From a virus (lineage: Duplodnaviria > Caudoviricetes), in IMG/VR virus record IMGVR_UViG_3300021387_000109, positions 1 through 64,000 of that record: DNA of 64,000 nucleotides. One strand, given 5' to 3'. Position numbers and translations under genes: made by a program. Shown one piece after another: positions 1 to 9,820 of the stretch (position 1 is the first letter of the stretch; every line of letters begins with the position of its first letter). The notes below the pieces were generated by a model that was given only the letters and a program-made list of their open reading frames with translations, was not told the DNA's origin and made no database searches.

Positions 1-34
1 AAAAAAAAATACACCTTGTAATGAGGTGTATTTT
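1..34 (-). terminator. Intrinsic terminator downstream of gp51-like gene
   Basis: Stem AATACACCT(8-16)/AGGTGTATT(24-32) with A9 run at 1-9 (U-tract on minus strand). Confidence 0.7.
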
Positions 35-55
35 AACAGATCTTAATAAGTATGC

Positions 56-1219
56 TTAAATTATTCTCTTATCTAAATCTGAATTACGAGTAAAGAGTGA
101 TTGCTTTTCGTATAGAGATCTATTAAAGGCTTTCCGCATTAATGCTTCTTTTTGTTCTTCAGGAATAGCCTTATTATTCTTTATTCGTGTAATAGCACTT
201 TGAAGTTTAGCATCAATATTTTGTACTTGAGGTTTAGCTGCTTTAAGTGCTTTAAGAGAATTAGAAAATTGTGTTATCTCAGCAAGAGCCTTTACTCTAG
301 AATCATATCCTGTAGCTAAAGCATTAGCTGCGGCAGTTGCATCATAATCCCAATCTCTTGCATACCAAAGTGGATCATATCCAGTTTGAGTCAGGTAATG
401 CATTACCTCATCTTCACTGAAGGAAATGTCTTTACCAGTTCTTTCCTTATATAATCTTTCAGCAGTTGTCTTAGCAGTTACTAAAGCTTTATTTAAATTA
501 TCTACAGCATCCGCTAAATTACCACCGGATTCTTTAATAATTGGTTTGAGCTGCTTTTCAATATATTCATTCTTAGATAAGTGTTTTAGATTACCTTCAT
601 TATCTATAGAAACACCGGGAGCTTTACCTACAAGTGCATTAATCTTGTTCTGAAGATCTAATATCTTAAGAGATATTTTATTGGGATCAGATAAATTCTG
701 AGTGCTTGCTTTATCTGCATCAGACATGGAATCATAACTGTTCCAATCACCCTTGCCACTAGTAGATAGAGTAAGAATTTTTTCATATGCTCCTGGATTT
801 AATTCCAGCGCTTTTCTATTTTCTTCAATCCATTCAGCATCTCTCAACCCAGCATTATTTTGATTCTGCTCTAAGTATCTGGATACCCAAAGAGATTCAT
901 TTCTGGCTCTTGCATCTTTGGCAAGATCTGCTTCCAGACGTTTTAGATCCATGCTGGTTTTTATAGCATTTTGTACAGCCTTGGCTGTAACAACTCTAGG
1001 ATCTAAATTACTAATCTTACCTCCGGATAAGATATCAGAAGCAGCTTTAGCAATTCCTTCATCTCTTTTTGCATCATAATAAGCATCACCAAGTTTGAGT
1101 ATTGGATTAACATTATTATATTTAGCAGAATCTCCAATAGCTCTCATCATGGCTGTGGCTATAGCACCAGAATCAGGTGCATGTACTTGAGCAAAATTAT
1201 CAGGTATAAAAGAAGGCAT
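56..1219 (-). CDS. N4 gp51-like ejection (internal virion) protein
   Basis: 387 aa helical protein; assigned mainly by synteny (last of the gp59-gp51 block before vRNAP). Confidence 0.5.
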   Translation of the reverse strand: MPSFIPDNFAQVHAPDSGAIATAMMRAIGDSAKYNNVNPILKLGDAYYDAKRDEGIAKAASDILSGGKISNLDPRVVTAKAVQNAIKTSMDLKRLEADLAKDARARNESLWVSRYLEQNQNNAGLRDAEWIEENRKALELNPGAYEKILTLSTSGKGDWNSYDSMSDADKASTQNLSDPNKISLKILDLQNKINALVGKAPGVSIDNEGNLKHLSKNEYIEKQLKPIIKESGGNLADAVDNLNKALVTAKTTAERLYKERTGKDISFSEDEVMHYLTQTGYDPLWYARDWDYDATAAANALATGYDSRVKALAEITQFSNSLKALKAAKPQVQNIDAKLQSAITRIKNNKAIPEEQKEALMRKAFNRSLYEKQSLFTRNSDLDKRII

Positions 1220-1229
1220 TATTTATCCT

Positions 1230-1709
1230 TTAGGCTAAAGCATTGTAGCGGCGAAGAACGTTATTCCAACCAGAGCTTTCAGCAGCATTGTTAACACCAA
1301 TATTGGCACCTGCTCTATCAATACCGGCTGTAAGTGTGGATAGATTATTTGCTCTTTCAGCAGCAGCTTCAGGATTAAATCCTGCTAAACCTTGCAATTG
1401 CATAGCAGATAATTCACTTCTATTTTGAAGTTGATCCATCCAGTTTGATTGACCAAAAGCTCTATTTTGACCTAACTGTGCATAACCAAAATCTAATTGA
1501 CGGTCTAATGCTTTTCTTTGCTGACGATTGTTGTATAAACCACCAATTAAACCAAGTCCTAGTTGACCATAGGTAGTAGCATTATCCCCTGAACCAAGTT
1601 GAGTTCCTAAGAAACCTTGCAGGCCATTACCAATAGTTTTAAGGCTTGAACCAAAACCACTATTGTTGTACCAAGCACTTAGTTTACTTAATAGTCCGTC
1701 TTCTTCCAT
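1230..1709 (-). CDS. N4 gp52-like small ejection/membrane-channel protein
   Basis: 159 aa, Gly-rich hydrophobic segment GQLGLGLIGGLY followed by Q/R-rich helix; size and position match gp52. Confidence 0.6.
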   Translation of the reverse strand: MEEDGLLSKLSAWYNNSGFGSSLKTIGNGLQGFLGTQLGSGDNATTYGQLGLGLIGGLYNNRQQRKALDRQLDFGYAQLGQNRAFGQSNWMDQLQNRSELSAMQLQGLAGFNPEAAAERANNLSTLTAGIDRAGANIGVNNAAESSGWNNVLRRYNALA

Positions 1710-1769
1710 TTGGATAAATCCTATAAATTATGTAATTTTATTATATCTTTTATTTATTAGAAAACAAAA

Positions 1770-4700
1770 TTAATCTTCATCCATAGCCCAACTAAGGTAT
1801 TGCTGATTATAGTAAAGTGTATCAGGAGCATATGTACCATTAATAGAAAGCATATCTTCTACATAAGTACTTACAGAGGCTGTACAGGATAAAGGTATTT
1901 CAGTTGTAGTTGCAAAACTTAAAAAGTTATCTACTGATAATGATCCCATAGATTCAGGGAACATTGTTAATAATCTTCCTATACTTGCTTGCATCTTTGC
2001 TACATATTCAGCATTTACAGTAGATGTTGTTTGTGCCTTAAGAGTATTAAGAACATCCATAGCACTTTGATAAGCATTATTAAACTCGTCAAAGTCACTT
2101 TTAAGTCTTGCTAATTTTCTAGCATATTTGGCTTCTTGAGACTGATTAACATACTCCATAACAGAGTTCATGTTAAGAAGTCTTTTACTAATAAGACCAC
2201 TAACTTGTTCAAAGAAAGTTGTATCTTGCATAACACCATAGTTGATGTTTGCTAGTCCACCTAAAAGTTCTTCGCCTTGAACAATATTTTCTTCTGTGTA
2301 ATAGGCATGAGAAAGTTCTTGTAAAAGTTTGTCTTCAGCAGAAGTAAATGCTTCAGTTAAAAGTTTAGTACCACCTACAGAAACTAAGGTAGAAATACCT
2401 GCTATTGCACCTTGGGTCAAACCTGCTCTAAGAGCATCTTTAAAGGAACCACCATTAATAAGAGAACTACCTAAACCTTGAGCCAAACCAGATAAAGCCA
2501 TTCCTCCTGCTAAAGCACCTACAGCCATAGGATTATTTGCAATAGCTTGCATGGTTTGTCCCATAGTGTCCATGCCAATTTTTACACTATCAGAGATACC
2601 TAAGAAAAATCCATCTGCTGAATCATAAGCACCTTGTATGGCAGAATTCATATTAGAAGCAGTAGAACCTTCTACACCGCTTACTAAGTCACCAGCAAAA
2701 TAAAATGCTTGCTGACCAATATAAGTAGAAATACCTGAAACAATACCCATTCCTAAAGCCTTGGAGAGACTTCCTGTTTGAGCATAAGTTTCACAAGCAC
2801 TAACATAACCTACTACAAAAGGTAATGCATATGGAGCAAATACAGCAACAAGGATAAAAGCTACAATTTTAATAATTGAGTAGATCCAAGCTCCAATCTT
2901 TTCTCCGAAAATTGCTCCTAGAACCTTTTTAGCTAGATTTAATACTTTTGTGCCTACTGTAACAGCCACTAAGACTGTGCCTACAACCATAAGAGCATTA
3001 CCAACAGCAGGCCACCAAAATCTTATAACTGCACCAACAGCCTGAAAAACGAATCCAACAAACTTAAATACACCTCTTTGATACCATCTTTTCTTATAGG
3101 TTACTTGAACCCAGCAGTTGCAAATTAAGAAAAGACCACCATTGGTAATATCCATTTGAATCCTTGCTCCTACTTCATTGTAGGTATTTAATTCAAATGG
3201 AACTATGAATGGAGAAGTAGCATCTGGTAAACCGGTACCATATTTAAAGGTTAATTTAAGCCATTTAGCTGGATTTGCTGCTCTAAAGTCATTAGCAACT
3301 TGTTCTTCAGGGGAGAGAATTTCATGGTCCAGGAATCTAAAGATTCTCTTCCAAGACCAACCTTCCCTATATTTCTTTACCTTTGCTATTTCATCATAAT
3401 AAAGTTGGTCATAAGCAAAGTCATTGGTAAAGTCATGGGTAACTGAAGATACTTGTGAGTTATCAGTTATTGCTTCATATGCAGTAGTAATAATGGATTT
3501 ACCTGCATAGATATGATTAGTTAATTCTAGGCAAACATAGAGAGTAAATCTCCAACGATCTTCAGATTCTTGATGACAGAATAGAGTAAAGGTAAATGGA
3601 ATTGAATGTTCTTCTTCATGATATGAGACTACACTTGTTTGAGTATCTTCATCCCAATGAGTAATAACATTACCTTCAGCATCTGTATCTGGTTCCATAG
3701 TAGTCCATGTATATACAAAACTACCAGTCAGAACTCCATAATCATTTACCTTAGCATCCGGTCTGAATTTACCATTGGCTTCAAAATACTCAGACATTGC
3801 CCAATGGTAGTCATAGTTTAAGTTAGAACTGGCACAGGTAATATTAAGGTGATGGTGAAAGGAAGATCCAATATCTCCTCTTCTGAACCAGGATTTCTTA
3901 CCTCCCTCATTGATGTGCCATTTATGTACTGTATTTTCAACAAAGGCACCAAAAAAGTTACTTCCTACATAAGTAGATCTTGGATTCCAAACTGTTAAAG
4001 GATCTTCACCTCTGGATAAGGCTTCATTAATATGAAGATTGAGGAAGAATGTATAGATATATTGAAGATCTGATTGATTGCTTGAGTTTAAAGTGACTCC
4101 ATGAAGCAATGTCATGTAGTCTATATCACCCAAAGAACCTTGAATATTACTTGTTAGAGTATTCTTAAGCGCACTATATGGATCAGCCCTATTTTTAAGA
4201 CTATCATAAATTTCTAGGAATCTTAGAGTATTATTAATCCTAATTGCTTTATCCCCTGAATACCAAGCAGTATTAGTTCTAATAGGTATTACAGGAAAGA
4301 ATGTTCCAGCAGCAACAGTACCACTATTGGCAATAATAGAATCAAGATAAGGTATTCCTGAACCTTCTTGATAATCCATATAGCCATAGTAATCTTTATA
4401 AACAGTATAGTGAATAACTACAGTTTTACCATCTACTATAGTTACTTCATCTTTTTCTGTAACAGTTAGATAAGAGTATCCAATCTCTAGGAATCTGCTG
4501 TTAGGTGTATATGTAGGCAATGCTCCTTGAATGATCCAGGTAGAAGAATCTGGATATTCTTCTTTCTGGTTCTCAGGGATTCTAGTAAATGTGGCTTTAA
4601 TGCTTGAATCAGTAGGATAAGAGATTGTATAGGCATATTCATCAGGTTGATATATCCATGCCTCTTTACCCTGTTGAGTTGCTAAATGTCTGATCCAAGC

Positions 4701-5069
4701 ATCTTCAGAAAAAAAGTTTAGAGAGGTGCTGTAAACAGCAAAATTTGTAGCACCTTCTCTAAATGAAACATATGGACGTATTACATTAGCAACACTTACA
4801 TTATCAACTGTTGGATCACCATAGAATCTGGCTTGTATTTTTCCAAATACCTTGTCATTCCCTGAGTTATCCCACCAGTTTAGATAAGAACGATAATTGC
4901 GAAAACGGGCAGGTGTATAGTAATTTTTCATGTACTCTGAGTGTTCTATTTGACTATTGGAGGTATAGTCAAGCATTGCACTCAGGTATGAATTCAACCT
5001 ATTGTCAGCATCAAATAATGGATAAGAATATGATGCTACATAAGTTTCTGTATGTTTTTTACTGCCCAT
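1770..5069 (-). CDS. N4 gp53-like large virion/tail protein
   Basis: 1099 aa, N-terminus MGSKKHTETYVASYSYPL, long hydrophobic Gly/Ala-rich C-terminal region; synteny. Confidence 0.6.
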   Translation of the reverse strand: MGSKKHTETYVASYSYPLFDADNRLNSYLSAMLDYTSNSQIEHSEYMKNYYTPARFRNYRSYLNWWDNSGNDKVFGKIQARFYGDPTVDNVSVANVIRPYVSFREGATNFAVYSTSLNFFSEDAWIRHLATQQGKEAWIYQPDEYAYTISYPTDSSIKATFTRIPENQKEEYPDSSTWIIQGALPTYTPNSRFLEIGYSYLTVTEKDEVTIVDGKTVVIHYTVYKDYYGYMDYQEGSGIPYLDSIIANSGTVAAGTFFPVIPIRTNTAWYSGDKAIRINNTLRFLEIYDSLKNRADPYSALKNTLTSNIQGSLGDIDYMTLLHGVTLNSSNQSDLQYIYTFFLNLHINEALSRGEDPLTVWNPRSTYVGSNFFGAFVENTVHKWHINEGGKKSWFRRGDIGSSFHHHLNITCASSNLNYDYHWAMSEYFEANGKFRPDAKVNDYGVLTGSFVYTWTTMEPDTDAEGNVITHWDEDTQTSVVSYHEEEHSIPFTFTLFCHQESEDRWRFTLYVCLELTNHIYAGKSIITTAYEAITDNSQVSSVTHDFTNDFAYDQLYYDEIAKVKKYREGWSWKRIFRFLDHEILSPEEQVANDFRAANPAKWLKLTFKYGTGLPDATSPFIVPFELNTYNEVGARIQMDITNGGLFLICNCWVQVTYKKRWYQRGVFKFVGFVFQAVGAVIRFWWPAVGNALMVVGTVLVAVTVGTKVLNLAKKVLGAIFGEKIGAWIYSIIKIVAFILVAVFAPYALPFVVGYVSACETYAQTGSLSKALGMGIVSGISTYIGQQAFYFAGDLVSGVEGSTASNMNSAIQGAYDSADGFFLGISDSVKIGMDTMGQTMQAIANNPMAVGALAGGMALSGLAQGLGSSLINGGSFKDALRAGLTQGAIAGISTLVSVGGTKLLTEAFTSAEDKLLQELSHAYYTEENIVQGEELLGGLANINYGVMQDTTFFEQVSGLISKRLLNMNSVMEYVNQSQEAKYARKLARLKSDFDEFNNAYQSAMDVLNTLKAQTTSTVNAEYVAKMQASIGRLLTMFPESMGSLSVDNFLSFATTTEIPLSCTASVSTYVEDMLSINGTYAPDTLYYNQQYLSWAMDED

Positions 5070-5078
5070 TATTCACCA

Positions 5079-6035
5079 TTAATTACTGTTCTTGGCAATC
5101 ATTTGCTGTAGTTTAGTAGTTGCTGTATTGATATCAGCAGCAGCTAGACCAGTACCAGCAACAGTAGCAGTACCCATAGAGGCTTGAGTAGCAAAGGAAT
5201 CAGCATAGATCTTTGCACCCTTGATAACAGCATCATTTCTGAATGCTTGAGCCTGCATTGTTAACAGAGAGTTCTGATGACCTGTATAACCGGTAACAGG
5301 TGTAGTACCATCTAACTTAGTATCGGATGTCTGAGCATGCGTTTGTTCAGTCTGCTCAACAGTAAGAAGTTTCTGCTGTTTGAGTAGGTTGATGTTTCCA
5401 CCCATAATACCAGTTACTGAGGTACTACCATCAAGTTTTTCATCTGAAGTCTGAGCATGTACCTGTTCAGTCTGTTCTTTAGCCAATTTCTCCTGCTGGA
5501 TCAATAGATCTCTCTGAGAGTCATTGACAGCAAGAGACATTACTGCACCTGCATATTGAGCTTTATTTTGATGTGCCTGAGCTTGAGCAATAGCAAGTTG
5601 TACCTTGGCTGTATAAACATCAATGGCACCTTTAAGAGCCATAATTGTTGAACCAAGAGCCTGATAATAAGCTTGATCTCTACCAAGCAGATACTGAACA
5701 GCAAATTGAAGGGCAGACTGACTTAAAGCAATATAAGCCTTGGTGTATTCTGCACCTGTAATTCGACCATTATCATACTCATCCATTAGATGTGCTCTAT
5801 TGGTAGTCATGAGTTGGTCATACATGCCCATGCCATTGACTTTTCTTTCTGTTAAGTCTTCAGGCTTTAACTTATCAGGAGCATGAAGTAAAGCATCTTT
5901 TAATTCATCTGGAATTTTAAAGATGTCATCATTGAAATCTATATCAGGAATACTAAAGTCAAGACCTTTAGTAATCTCATTTAAAAGTTCAACACTTCTT
6001 AATTCTGCAAGAGTTGCCATAAAAATAAAACCCAT
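5079..6035 (-). CDS. N4 gp54-like tail tube protein
   Basis: 318 aa, LTERKVNGMGMYDQLM..HLMDEYDNGRITGAEYTKAY typical of N4-like gp54; synteny. Confidence 0.7.
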   Translation of the reverse strand: MGFIFMATLAELRSVELLNEITKGLDFSIPDIDFNDDIFKIPDELKDALLHAPDKLKPEDLTERKVNGMGMYDQLMTTNRAHLMDEYDNGRITGAEYTKAYIALSQSALQFAVQYLLGRDQAYYQALGSTIMALKGAIDVYTAKVQLAIAQAQAHQNKAQYAGAVMSLAVNDSQRDLLIQQEKLAKEQTEQVHAQTSDEKLDGSTSVTGIMGGNINLLKQQKLLTVEQTEQTHAQTSDTKLDGTTPVTGYTGHQNSLLTMQAQAFRNDAVIKGAKIYADSFATQASMGTATVAGTGLAAADINTATTKLQQMIAKNSN

Positions 6036-6078
6036 TACGTTAATAATGGGTTAATTATAAAATATTTAATTATATCTG

Positions 6079-6807
6079 TTAATGTTTTCCAGCCATATAA
6101 GCCAACCCACCTACTGCTAAGTATGGGAGTAGATCATTGAGCCAAGAAAGACTTGAACCAAAGAGACTATCTGGTGGATTATTAGGTTTTTTTGTACCAG
6201 CATTTATATTAGCAACAGTCTTGTTTGCTTCTTTTACAGCCTTTTTAGTTGCTTTAGATGCATTAGCAGGTGCTTGTATTGGTTCAGCAGAATCAAAACC
6301 AGAGGCTCTATTTCTATCAAATGTAGGAAAATACTCTGGTTCAGCAGAGGCAAATCCAGCATCTCTATTTGCATTGTATACTGGGTGATAAGAATCTTGC
6401 TGAGGTGTTGTGGGAACAAAATCAGCAATAATTTGTTCATCGCTGCCTGAGTAAGAATCCCCGGGCATTTGTTCTTTACCATCTACTTGTCTAGCCATAG
6501 CACCAGCAACAGGCAAAGCAAAAGCAGCAACAGCTGGAGAAGTTCTTACTGCTCCAGTAACAGCATTACCAACAGTTTCAGCAGAAGGTACTAAACGACC
6601 TAAATTTTTAAGATTACGATTTACAGATCTACCAAGATTTCTTGCCCAATCATATCTATCCGCTAATACAGCGTTTTCTGCACCTGCACCTGAAGCAGAT
6701 TGAAGTAATTCAGGCATTAATCCATCTTGAGAAGCAGCTACTAAAGCATTTGATGTAGGGCTAGGAAGTCTAGGAGCGTTATAAAAAGTCCAATTTGGAA
6801 TAGGCAT
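6079..6807 (-). CDS. Hypothetical Ala/Pro-rich protein with C-terminal hydrophobic tail
   Basis: 242 aa ORF; internal repeat NRDAGFASAEP/NRASGFDSAEP; ends LLPYLAVGGLAYMAGKH. Confidence 0.6.
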   Translation of the reverse strand: MPIPNWTFYNAPRLPSPTSNALVAASQDGLMPELLQSASGAGAENAVLADRYDWARNLGRSVNRNLKNLGRLVPSAETVGNAVTGAVRTSPAVAAFALPVAGAMARQVDGKEQMPGDSYSGSDEQIIADFVPTTPQQDSYHPVYNANRDAGFASAEPEYFPTFDRNRASGFDSAEPIQAPANASKATKKAVKEANKTVANINAGTKKPNNPPDSLFGSSLSWLNDLLPYLAVGGLAYMAGKH

Positions 6808-6816
6808 AATAATAAA

Positions 6817-6848
6817 AAATCCTATAAGTTAACTTATAGGATTTATTT
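6817..6848. terminator. Bidirectional intrinsic terminator
   Basis: AAATCCTATAAG-TTAA-CTTATAGGATTT flanked by A and T runs. Confidence 0.7.
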
Positions 6849-6866
6849 TAATAACTAATTATTTAT

Positions 6867-7982
6867 TTAGTCAATTTTATATGTTCTTGCTGGAAATATT
6901 CCAACAGATGCTGATGTAGAATTATAAGATTCACCTGCTAAAGTCTTTAATACAGCCTCTAGAATAATCTTTGCTCCTTGATAAGGAACAGCCATACCAA
7001 TCTGTCTTCGTATAGATTCTTTAGAACCAGAAAAGTTAAAAGTATCTGGAAATGTTTGAAGTCTTGCTCTTTCTCTATTTGTCAATGCTCTGTTTTCAGA
7101 CCAATGATAAATATGAGTTCCACCTCCACCACTTCCTGTAACTGTATAAGCTGGTTTAGTAGAATCAAGTCTTTTATAAATTTGAGATAATCGAGCACCT
7201 TTAACATTTAATCTTAGATCCAATGGTATTAAATGCTCTGCCTCCCAAATATTCATGCCCTCAGGAATATAAGACAATCTTTCAGTAACTGTCTTTGATT
7301 GTCTAGGCATTTCCTGATGAGTAGCCCATACAGGAATTCCTGTAAGAGCATCTTTACAAGTAACCAGTATATTACTTGGTTTAGGAACCAGGAAAACTTT
7401 ACCTAGATCTCCACGGATACCAATCAAAATATATCTGTGTCTTGCTTGAGGTACACCATATTCTTCAAATTTATATAAATTTGCTGTAATGGTATACCCA
7501 TATTTTCCAGCATGATTTAAATCATAAAGAATTTTTTGAAAAGCTTTTCCACCATTGGCAGAAGAGAGTCCACTTACATTTTCAGCAAAGAAAAATAATG
7601 GATTTGCTTGATTAATGTATTTAACACCATAGGTATACAAAGGTCCATAAGAACCATTAAAACCTTTTTGCTTACCTACAGTACTAAAGTCATTGCATGG
7701 AAAACCATAACAAAAACCATCTACTGGATCTAAAGAAGCAAGATCTAATTTTCTGATATCTTCACAGATAATTTTTGCATCTGGATCATTTTGTAAAACA
7801 TTATTTTTGAATGTTTCACAAGTATCTAGATCATAATCAGTAGCCCAGAGATGCTTAAAAGAATACTTAGCATTCTGGGCATTATTTACAGCAAGTCCAA
7901 TACCCCCAGGACCAGAAAACATTTCACCAATAGTTAAGGTTTCTTTTTCTTGGGGGTTTTGCATGTTAACTGCCTTAGTCAA
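6867..7982 (-). CDS. DNA (cytosine-5)-methyltransferase
   Basis: C5-MTase motifs: I EMFSGPGG, IV GFPCNDFS, VI AENVSG, VIII YGVPQARHR, IX RERARLQTFPD, X QIGMAVP. Confidence 0.95.
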   Translation of the reverse strand: MTKAVNMQNPQEKETLTIGEMFSGPGGIGLAVNNAQNAKYSFKHLWATDYDLDTCETFKNNVLQNDPDAKIICEDIRKLDLASLDPVDGFCYGFPCNDFSTVGKQKGFNGSYGPLYTYGVKYINQANPLFFFAENVSGLSSANGGKAFQKILYDLNHAGKYGYTITANLYKFEEYGVPQARHRYILIGIRGDLGKVFLVPKPSNILVTCKDALTGIPVWATHQEMPRQSKTVTERLSYIPEGMNIWEAEHLIPLDLRLNVKGARLSQIYKRLDSTKPAYTVTGSGGGGTHIYHWSENRALTNRERARLQTFPDTFNFSGSKESIRRQIGMAVPYQGAKIILEAVLKTLAGESYNSTSASVGIFPARTYKID

Positions 7983-8502
7983 TTCTATTTCCAGCTCTCT
8001 GATCAGCAGCTAGTCTTGCTAGTTCTGAAGGAGTTAGTGGAGGTAGTTCTTCAATAGAAAATTCAGGAACAAAGATCTTTTCTTTGACTTGTCCCTTGTC
8101 ATCCATAGTTACCTTTAGGAACTGACGTCTCTTTAGAACACTAAGAATACACTTAGGTACATGGTATCCATTTGTATAGAACTTGGCTTCAAATGGAACA
8201 AACTTCTTTACAGTACCAAAGACATTATTGGCTACAGTAATAACCTCACCTCTCCAAGCAGACTTAAGAGGATTCATTACTGTCAGACGAATGCGAACCA
8301 GTCTTGTCTGTTCAGCAATCTCCTTCTTTCTCAATTCCTGAAGGGAAATCTTCTCTTCCTGCTTAACATCAGCATTTTCAAGTCTTTCATTAACCTTGGC
8401 TCTTAAAGTATCAACAGTTACATTACGAGAATACTTGATGCCAAGCAGATCTGCTCTTTCTTTTAGGAGTTCAAGTTCACTCTTAACTACTTCTTCTTCC
8501 AT
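7975..8502 (-). CDS. N4 gp55-like protein
   Basis: ELELLKERADLLGIKYS..LRAKVN and RLVRIRLTVMNPLK..GEVITVANN typical of gp55; lies directly after MCP. Confidence 0.75.
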   Translation of the reverse strand: MEEEVVKSELELLKERADLLGIKYSRNVTVDTLRAKVNERLENADVKQEEKISLQELRKKEIAEQTRLVRIRLTVMNPLKSAWRGEVITVANNVFGTVKKFVPFEAKFYTNGYHVPKCILSVLKRRQFLKVTMDDKGQVKEKIFVPEFSIEELPPLTPSELARLAADQRAGNRID

Positions 8503-8539
8503 ATTATTATCTTACCTCATCTCTGTGGGTATAAAAATT

Positions 8540-8565
8540 AAAAAAGGTGGCTTTTCAGCCACCTT
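8540..8565 (-). terminator. Terminator after major capsid gene
   Basis: AAGGTGGCT-TTTC-AGCCACCTT preceded by A run. Confidence 0.8.
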
Positions 8566-8586
8566 GTATTCTAACAGATTATTCTA

Positions 8587-9804
8587 TTAGATAGGAGCAA
8601 CAGTCTTAATAACTGCAATTCTTTCTGGTCTCTTGCAGAGGAATCCATAGTAGAACTTCAGACTGGAGAAACCAGTTTCACCATAAGGATCATCCTTATC
8701 GGCTGTATCACGACCAGGAACCTTAGTGATGATGTGGAACTTACCGTTATTGGCATTGCTCATCTGGTAACCAATGGTGTTGAAGGATTCAGAACCAACA
8801 ACAAGGATTGGATAGACGTCATACTTGCCATTGGTCTGACGATAACCATCTTCACTAGCAGCAGTAGCGCCTTCACCAGCCCAGTGAAGCATTTCAGGAA
8901 CCTGAATGAATCTGAAATGACCAATGGAACCGATCTCACCACGCATGATGGTAGTAGCGGCACCATACTGCTGAACAGGGATAAATGCCTTATTGCCAAA
9001 TTTATCCTTCATGTCCTCAAGTAGAGGAACAATCTCAGAACCAACATAAGCAACACGAGCAGCAGCAATTGTCTTTGTATCGATATTGCGAGTGCCAGTG
9101 ATGATCTTGGTATTACGTGGGCATCTGTTGTCATCAAGGATCTGATCAACTCTACGAAGGATATCGTAGTTGACAATATCAGGATTGGTACCAGCGGCAG
9201 ATACTTCACTCTGATCTGTAGCAGCACCAGCAAAGGTAACAACACCAGCGGCATTCAGAAGATCAATCTGAAGAATATCTTCCTGAAGTTCAACCATGCC
9301 TCTCATGAGTTCCTTAGAGAGATGACCACGGAGTTCAGAGTCAGAATCAAACTCTAGAGACTCACGAGACCATTCATAGAAGACACCCATCTTAAAGAAG
9401 GTACCTTCAATCTCTGTACGGGAGAAGCCAACTCTGTTGACTCTACCGCCATTCTCACCAACTAGTGGGAGTTTGCTTTGAATGGTACCAATGTCCTTGC
9501 TGGAACCATAGAGGTTACCATTAGCAATAGTAGCGCCAGTAGCATCAATACCCTGATCGTTGACGTTTCGATCATCTAGCAGGGGAAGATAATGGTAAAG
9601 CTTGATCTTCTTACCATAATGCTTTGGCATTCCAATGCTGTCAGCAAGCTGAGTGAAATAGCTTTCCTTAGCAGCATCTTCTAGAGACTTTCTAATCCAA
9701 TAGAAAGTATTCATCTGGTCAGACTGAGATGCGTAGTCAATTGAAGACTTGCCTGCATTAGCACCAGTATAACCAGGAGCGTATTGTAAACCAGTAAATG
9801 GCAT
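8587..9804 (-). CDS. Major capsid protein (N4 gp56-like)
   Basis: 405 aa; [55 protein letters not shown] are N4-type MCP signatures. Confidence 0.95.
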   Translation of the reverse strand: MPFTGLQYAPGYTGANAGKSSIDYASQSDQMNTFYWIRKSLEDAAKESYFTQLADSIGMPKHYGKKIKLYHYLPLLDDRNVNDQGIDATGATIANGNLYGSSKDIGTIQSKLPLVGENGGRVNRVGFSRTEIEGTFFKMGVFYEWSRESLEFDSDSELRGHLSKELMRGMVELQEDILQIDLLNAAGVVTFAGAATDQSEVSAAGTNPDIVNYDILRRVDQILDDNRCPRNTKIITGTRNIDTKTIAAARVAYVGSEIVPLLEDMKDKFGNKAFIPVQQYGAATTIMRGEIGSIGHFRFIQVPEMLHWAGEGATAASEDGYRQTNGKYDVYPILVVGSESFNTIGYQMSNANNGKFHIITKVPGRDTADKDDPYGETGFSSLKFYYGFLCKRPERIAVIKTVAPI

Positions 9805-9820
9805 AATTAATTAGTTCCTT

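Noticed and set aside
6867-7982. Complete restriction-modification system
   Set aside because: Neighbours are gp55 and a low-complexity protein with no nuclease motif
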